Positions 28,236 to 32,000 of a DNA stretch of 32,000 nt are shown piece after piece (the first letter of the stretch is position 1; each line of letters opens with the position of its first letter). Source of the stretch: Candidatus Midichloria mitochondrii IricVA (GTDB lineage Bacteria > Pseudomonadota > Alphaproteobacteria > Rickettsiales > Midichloriaceae); the NCBI RefSeq assembly GCF_000219355.1, contig NC_015722.1:1-32000 (forward strand), read 5' to 3'. The position numbers were made by a program, and so were the translations under genes. The notes beneath the pieces are model-generated. The model searched no databases, had not been told where the DNA came from, and worked only from the letters and a program-made list of their open reading frames with translations.

Positions 28236-28250
28236 TAATTAGGAGAGAGC

Positions 28251-28645
28251 ATGAATAAGATTATTAGTAAAAAAATACTTTAGCGGCAAAGAAGAAAAAA
28301 CAAATAATAGCTGGGGTTGCTCATATTAATGCCAGTTTTAACAATACAATAGTTAGTATTAGCGATGCGCAAGGAGATGTAATTGCTTGGTCATCTTCGG
28401 GCAGTAATTCCTTCAAAGGATCAAAGAAAGCTACCCCTCATGCTGCACAAGTAACTGCGGAGAAAGCTATAAAGAAAGCTATGGAATGGGGTTTAAAGAC
28501 TGTTTTTATTAAAATTCGTGGGCCTGGAGTTGGACGGGATGCGGCTATTAGAGCAATTGCTAATTTAGTAATTGTAACTGCTATAAAAGATATTACGCCT
28601 GTACCACATAATGGTTGTAGGCCTCGTAAACAAAGGCGTATGTAG
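28251..28645 (+). CDS. rpsK: 30S ribosomal protein S11, frame interrupted at an A7 tract (needs one extra A or a -1 shift)
   Basis: ATG 28251, preceded by AGGAGAG, gives 'MNKIISKK' and then stops at 28281. The conserved body '[43 protein letters not shown]...TPHAAQV...[12 protein letters not shown]...[17 protein letters not shown]' is in the -1 frame, open only from 28271 because TAA sits at 28268. The joined length is 131 aa, normal for S11. The ORF track reports no ORF here. Confidence 0.85.
28269..28275 (+). other. A7 tract at the rpsK frame junction
   Basis: AGT AAA AAA ATA in frame 0. With eight As it would read AGT AAA AAA AAT ACT = SKKNT, continuing into the S11 body. Confidence 0.7.
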
Positions 28646-28664
28646 AGAACTATGAATGTAAATA

Positions 28665-29711
28665 TTGAAGGTTTTGACCGTGATAGAAAAAACAAGTAAA
28701 GCTGTTGCTGCGAATTGGGCTTCTTTGTTAAAGCCTGCAGAGTATTTTTTGTCAAGTATGACTGGGAATGAGAGTGTATTTAGGATTGAGCCATTAGAAA
28801 GAGGGTTTGGAGTTACTCTTGGTAATGCACTACGCAGAATTATGTTATCCTCATTACAAGGAGCAGCAATTATAGCCGTGAAAATTCAGGGGGTTAGCCA
28901 TGAATTCACCAGCATTCCTGGGGTAAAGGAAGATGTAACAGATATTATATTGAATATTAAAAATATTGTTTTCAACAATGCAACTTGCGACAGGAGAAAT
29001 CTTAGGTTAGTCGCTCAAGGGCCTTGCGTGGTGACAGCTGGAATGATAGAGGAAACGGCTGATTTACAGGTTGTAAACAAAGATTTGGTGATCTGCACTC
29101 TTGATAAAAATTCTGATCTTAGTATGGAATTCACGGTTGCAACTGGTAAGGGGTATATTCCTGCTAACGCTCATATATTTGAAGAGTTGCCTATAGGAAC
29201 TATTCCTGTGGATTCGATATTTTCTCCCGTGAGAAGAGTAACCTACAAGGTAGAGAACAGCCGGGTTGGAGCAGAAACAGAGTTTGATCGTTTATTTTTG
29301 ACAATCGAGACAAACGGGGCAACTCCTGCTGATATGGCGCTCGGGTTAGCTGCTAAAATTATGCAGGATCAACTTCAAGTTTTTATTAATTTTCAGGATA
29401 TTGACAATATCAAAGAACCGGAAGAAGAGAAATTACCTTTCGATGTTAATTTACTGCGTAAAATTGATGATCTCGAGTTGTCTGTCCGTTCACAAAATTG
29501 TTTGAAAAACGAAAATATAGTATATATTGGGGATTTGGTTACTAAGACCGAGTCAAAAATGTTACAGACTCCAAATTTTGGTAAGAAATCTCTGAACGAG
29601 CTGAAAGAAGTTCTTGCTGTAATGAACTTAAAATTTGGTATGGAAGTTCCTGGTGGTTGGCCGCCAAGAAATCTGCAGGAACTAATTCAAAAATATGAGA
29701 ATAAATTGTAA
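28665..29711 (+). CDS. rpoA: DNA-directed RNA polymerase subunit alpha
   Basis: 'NWASLLKP...FRIEPLERGFGVTLGNALRRIMLSSLQGAAI...HEFTSIPGVKEDVTDIILNIK' and the C-terminal domain 'DDLELSVRSQNCLKNENIVYIGDLV'. No in-frame ATG is available, so the start is TTG 28665, TTG 28674 or GTG 28680. The last sits 8 nt after GAAGG and gives the most typical N-terminus. Confidence 0.93.
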   Translation: MKVLTVIEKTSKAVAANWASLLKPAEYFLSSMTGNESVFRIEPLERGFGVTLGNALRRIMLSSLQGAAIIAVKIQGVSHEFTSIPGVKEDVTDIILNIKNIVFNNATCDRRNLRLVAQGPCVVTAGMIEETADLQVVNKDLVICTLDKNSDLSMEFTVATGKGYIPANAHIFEELPIGTIPVDSIFSPVRRVTYKVENSRVGAETEFDRLFLTIETNGATPADMALGLAAKIMQDQLQVFINFQDIDNIKEPEEEKLPFDVNLLRKIDDLELSVRSQNCLKNENIVYIGDLVTKTESKMLQTPNFGKKSLNELKEVLAVMNLKFGMEVPGGWPPRNLQELIQKYENKL

Positions 29712-29728
29712 ATTGAGGATATAAGGCT

Positions 29729-30148
29729 ATGAATCACGGTATTAGCGGTAGAAAATTTGGTAGATATAGTGGCCATAGAAAGTCTTTATTAGTTAATCTT
29801 GCCAAAGAACTTATAGAGCACGAACAAATTATAACAACAGTTTATAAAGCGAAGGATGTTAGACCTGTTGTTGAGAAATTAGTTACCTTAGCTAAAAAAG
29901 GTGACTTGCATTCAAGAAGAAGAGCATTATCTTTCTTTTATAACGATGAAATTATAGTTTCTAAGTTATTCGATAAAATAGCATCAAGATACAGCCAACG
30001 TAATGGTGGATATTTAAGGATAATCAAAGCTGGTTTTAGAAAAGGCGATTGCGCTCCTATTGCTGTTATAGAATTTGTTGATAGAGATATAACGGCAAAA
30101 AAAGGTAGAGTTATTCCTAATCAAGTTCAAAGTAATATAGCTGAATAA
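29729..30148 (+). CDS. rplQ: 50S ribosomal protein L17
   Basis: 139 aa with '[58 protein letters not shown]' and '[25 protein letters not shown]'. Confidence 0.95.
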   Translation: MNHGISGRKFGRYSGHRKSLLVNLAKELIEHEQIITTVYKAKDVRPVVEKLVTLAKKGDLHSRRRALSFFYNDEIIVSKLFDKIASRYSQRNGGYLRIIKAGFRKGDCAPIAVIEFVDRDITAKKGRVIPNQVQSNIAE

Positions 30149-30347
30149 AGCATTTTAATTTGAACATAAAAGCACAGTATAGCGAGTCTTTTTATACCTT
30201 AGCTAAGTTACCAAGGTGTGTGCCAGCGCTGTGAGCTTGTTTTAACTTCCTAGTCTTATATGGCTTCTAAAAGGTTACAGCTTGCGAAAGATTAAGTTTA
30301 GGGCTCGAATATAGTAGTGTTGGTGTATGGTTTAATAAGCCTTATAT

Positions 30348-30641
30348 AACCTCAGTTTGACGTAAGGAGTAGGGCCCGTGAGCCTATTTTTCCATTAGAT
30401 ATATTGGGTTTGAAGACATAAGCCAAGAGCCCTGAGAAAGAGGTCTGCCAAGAAATTGTTTGGCGAGCGATGCCGTGGTGTGCTGGATTTGGCAAATCTC
30501 TTTCAATTCTCCGATGGCTGTTTCAATCAATCCACGCCCTGCAAGAAGCAGTTGTTTAAAAGCCGCAAGCGGGTTTTGTTTTTCATGTTTTTCTTAAGCC
30601 GTGGGTGACGAGCTCAATACCTTGATTGCTCAGTGTTTTTG
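30348..30641 (-). mobile_element. IS982-family 3' fragment (right end only), inverted relative to the adjacent copy
   Basis: Collinear with 14246-14531 of copy 1, with a few substitutions and one ~11-bp insertion (catgtttttct region). It starts with the right-end repeat AACCTCAGTTTGACGTAAG and breaks off at ...cagtgtttttg, where the left end of the next copy begins. Confidence 0.75.
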
Positions 30642-30643
30642 TT

Positions 30644-31259
30644 AACCCCAGTTTGAGGTAAGTTTTAAAGAAATTATCTGATATGGCTTCAAAGAGGCTG
30701 TGTAACCATTAAGTTTCTCTCAATTTCACGATAAATAAGGAAAGTGGTTCCCCTAGTAGAAATATTTTGTTTGATTGATGATTTTTGCAAGCGACAACTC
30801 ACGTACCAAAGATCCTTAAGAAACTCGCAGAGACAAAGGGAACGAGAGTCTGGGATGATGCTTTCCGAAGTTATAACGATCCTCGTTTTGTTTCATTTGA
30901 GGGCATTACCGGATTCAAAGATTTTTTACCTAAACTGTTTTCAAATCTCTCTCAGAGAGGGATTGCCGAAGCTTATCAGCTACAATCGCTTTGTTGAGCT
31001 GGATGCGAGACGCGGTCATCCCGTTGGTCATTCTGCTGAATTGCTGCAAAGGGAAACAAACAGGTACGTTGACTCAACAAAAAGCTGGAAGGTTTGTCGT
31101 AACTTACGTACTAGCCGTAATAAGGTCTTTAAAGGCATCGCTTGCCAACAATTTCTTGGCAGACCTTTCTTCTCAGGGCTCTTGGCTTATGTCTTCAAAA
31201 ACCCGGTATATCTCATGGAAATAGGCTTGCGGGCCTACTCCTTACGTCAAACTGAGGTT
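30644..31259 (+). mobile_element. IS982-family copy 2, internally deleted (about 327 bp missing), transposase non-functional
   Basis: It starts AACCCCAGTTTGAGGTAAG and ends ...CTTACGTCAAACTGAGGTT. Over shared parts it is nearly identical to copy 1, with scattered substitutions and a T5/T6 length difference. It jumps from '...aaaggcatcgct' directly to 'tgccaacaatttcttggc'. ORF 30744-31409 reads out of the element into flanking DNA. Confidence 0.8.
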
Positions 31260-31675
31260 TTAATAAGGCATTATCTAGCTAGTTTTAATCGAAGGACAAA
31301 GCGCTATAGCAAATTCCTGAGGATGCTTTGCGCTACTCTTACCCTCTTCTTCCATAGGCATTTGCCGGATTTGAAACTTCTATCTATAATATTAGGCAAT
31401 GCCAAATGATATTGGATCTCAAAGAGCAGACTCTATTGAGCCAAAAAATTGCAAAGAAGATTCTCATAAAAGGGTAAAAAAATTTGATTTGTCTTCTTGG
31501 CAACTAAAAAAAGTAACCAGGTACCCTTAGGTATTTTAAAGTGGCAATAATTTATTCTCTGTTAACATACTGATATTGATGCTAATATGGTGCAAAGATA
31601 AAATGGGCTTGCTTTAAGTTTATTGATAATCTATAAACTCTATAGTAAATGCGTGACTTTTTAATATCATTTATT

Positions 31676-32000
31676 ATGAATACAAGTAAATTAGCTATGT
31701 TTGTAGCATGTTTAAATATGTTGGGTATCTTTGCCAATGCTGAGTACACTGAATATAGAATTAAGGATGCTATTGAAGATGCGAAGCTCAACAATCAGGA
31801 ACTGCAAATTATAGATAAAAACCTTTCGGTAAGAAAGCTGGATAGATACAGAGCTGTTTCAGGTTTTTGGCCAGTAGCTGGGGCTGAAGCTTCGAAAACT
31901 GAAGGCAGGATTAGCCCTACTGCCACTACAAATTATCAAGATTTTAATAGTTTTGATAATGCTTTGTATGTTCAGCAAGAGTTGTTTGCAGGAGGAAAAA
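31676..32000 (+). CDS. TolC-family outer membrane efflux protein, N-terminal part (truncated by window end)
   Basis: The frame is open from ATG 31676 to the window end (108 codons, no stop). It has the signal peptide 'MNTSKLAMFVACLNMLGIFANA', then 'RIKDAIEDAKLNNQELQIIDKNLSVRKLDRYRAVSGFWP' and 'YVQQELFAGGK', which resemble the first TolC/OEP repeat. It is not in the ORF track because it lacks a stop. Confidence 0.65.
   Translation, partial: MNTSKLAMFVACLNMLGIFANAEYTEYRIKDAIEDAKLNNQELQIIDKNLSVRKLDRYRAVSGFWPVAGAEASKTEGRISPTATTNYQDFNSFDNALYVQQELFAGGK

Noticed and set aside
28652-28699. An ATG at 28652 upstream of rpoA in another frame, with an A6 run at 28687-28692, suggested a third poly(A) frameshift.
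   Set aside because: rpoA does not need it. In-frame GTG 28680, or TTG 28665 or 28674, behind GAAGG gives a normal N-terminus ahead of the conserved NW...LKP block. The ATG frame would add an atypical ~25-residue leader and needs a shift in the opposite direction.
30230-30310. Possible third, highly diverged IS-related remnant. 'ttttaacttcctagtcttatatggcttctaaaagg...attaagttt' resembles the outer flank of copy 1 plus the IS 5' untranslated part, but lacks the ~35-bp terminal repeat.
   Set aside because: The match is short, gapped and AT-rich, and I cannot exclude chance without a statistical alignment. It also conflicts with the left end defined by two independent junctions.
30744-31409. A 221-aa ORF that looks like an intact transposase.
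   Set aside because: Only the first ~60% derives from the IS. It skips the 327-bp deleted core and then reads through the right end (31259) into flanking DNA, so it is a chimeric frame and not a functional gene.
1-32000. Scan for CRISPR arrays, tandem repeats, rRNA and tRNA genes.
   Set aside because: I saw no regularly spaced direct repeats and no tRNA cloverleaf or T-arm consensus in the intergenic regions. The only sizeable repeats are the IS copies. This was a visual scan only; tRNAscan-SE or Infernal would be definitive.

Overview
This is an AT-rich alphaproteobacterial sequence of the Rickettsiales-like endosymbiont type; that placement is inferred from gene content and order, not from any search. 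Most of the window is housekeeping. It opens with dnaA at base 1. A minus-strand block follows: small membrane ORF, tal, flgB, flgC, fliE. Next come rpsF-rpsR-rplI, rpoZ, a D-Ala-D-Ala carboxypeptidase, ispA, a DUF155/RMD1-like gene, murF and hslU. From 16.2 to 30.1 kb there is a complete S10-spc-alpha ribosomal superoperon: rpsJ through rplO, then secY, adk, rpsM, rpsK, rpoA, rplQ. A TolC-like gene starts at 31,676 and runs off the window. Three stretches are degraded or accessory. (1) 7.96-9.06 kb is a G+C-rich, G-tract-rich frameshifted gene remnant. (2) 12.9-16.2 kb holds an ankyrin-repeat pseudogene, unassignable debris, a decayed IS982-family element and a TPR pseudogene. (3) 30.2-31.3 kb holds a rearranged second IS982-family locus. 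The points most worth a second look are these. rplD and rpsK are each broken at an A7 tract within their first 13 codons, and one extra A or a -1 slip restores each. FlgB and FlgC carry Sec-type signal-peptide-like N-termini. L30 has a lysine-rich N-terminal extension of about 74 aa. The IS copies lie in inverted orientation on either side of the whole r-protein cluster. I found no rRNA, tRNA or CRISPR array, and no convincing novel multi-gene system.
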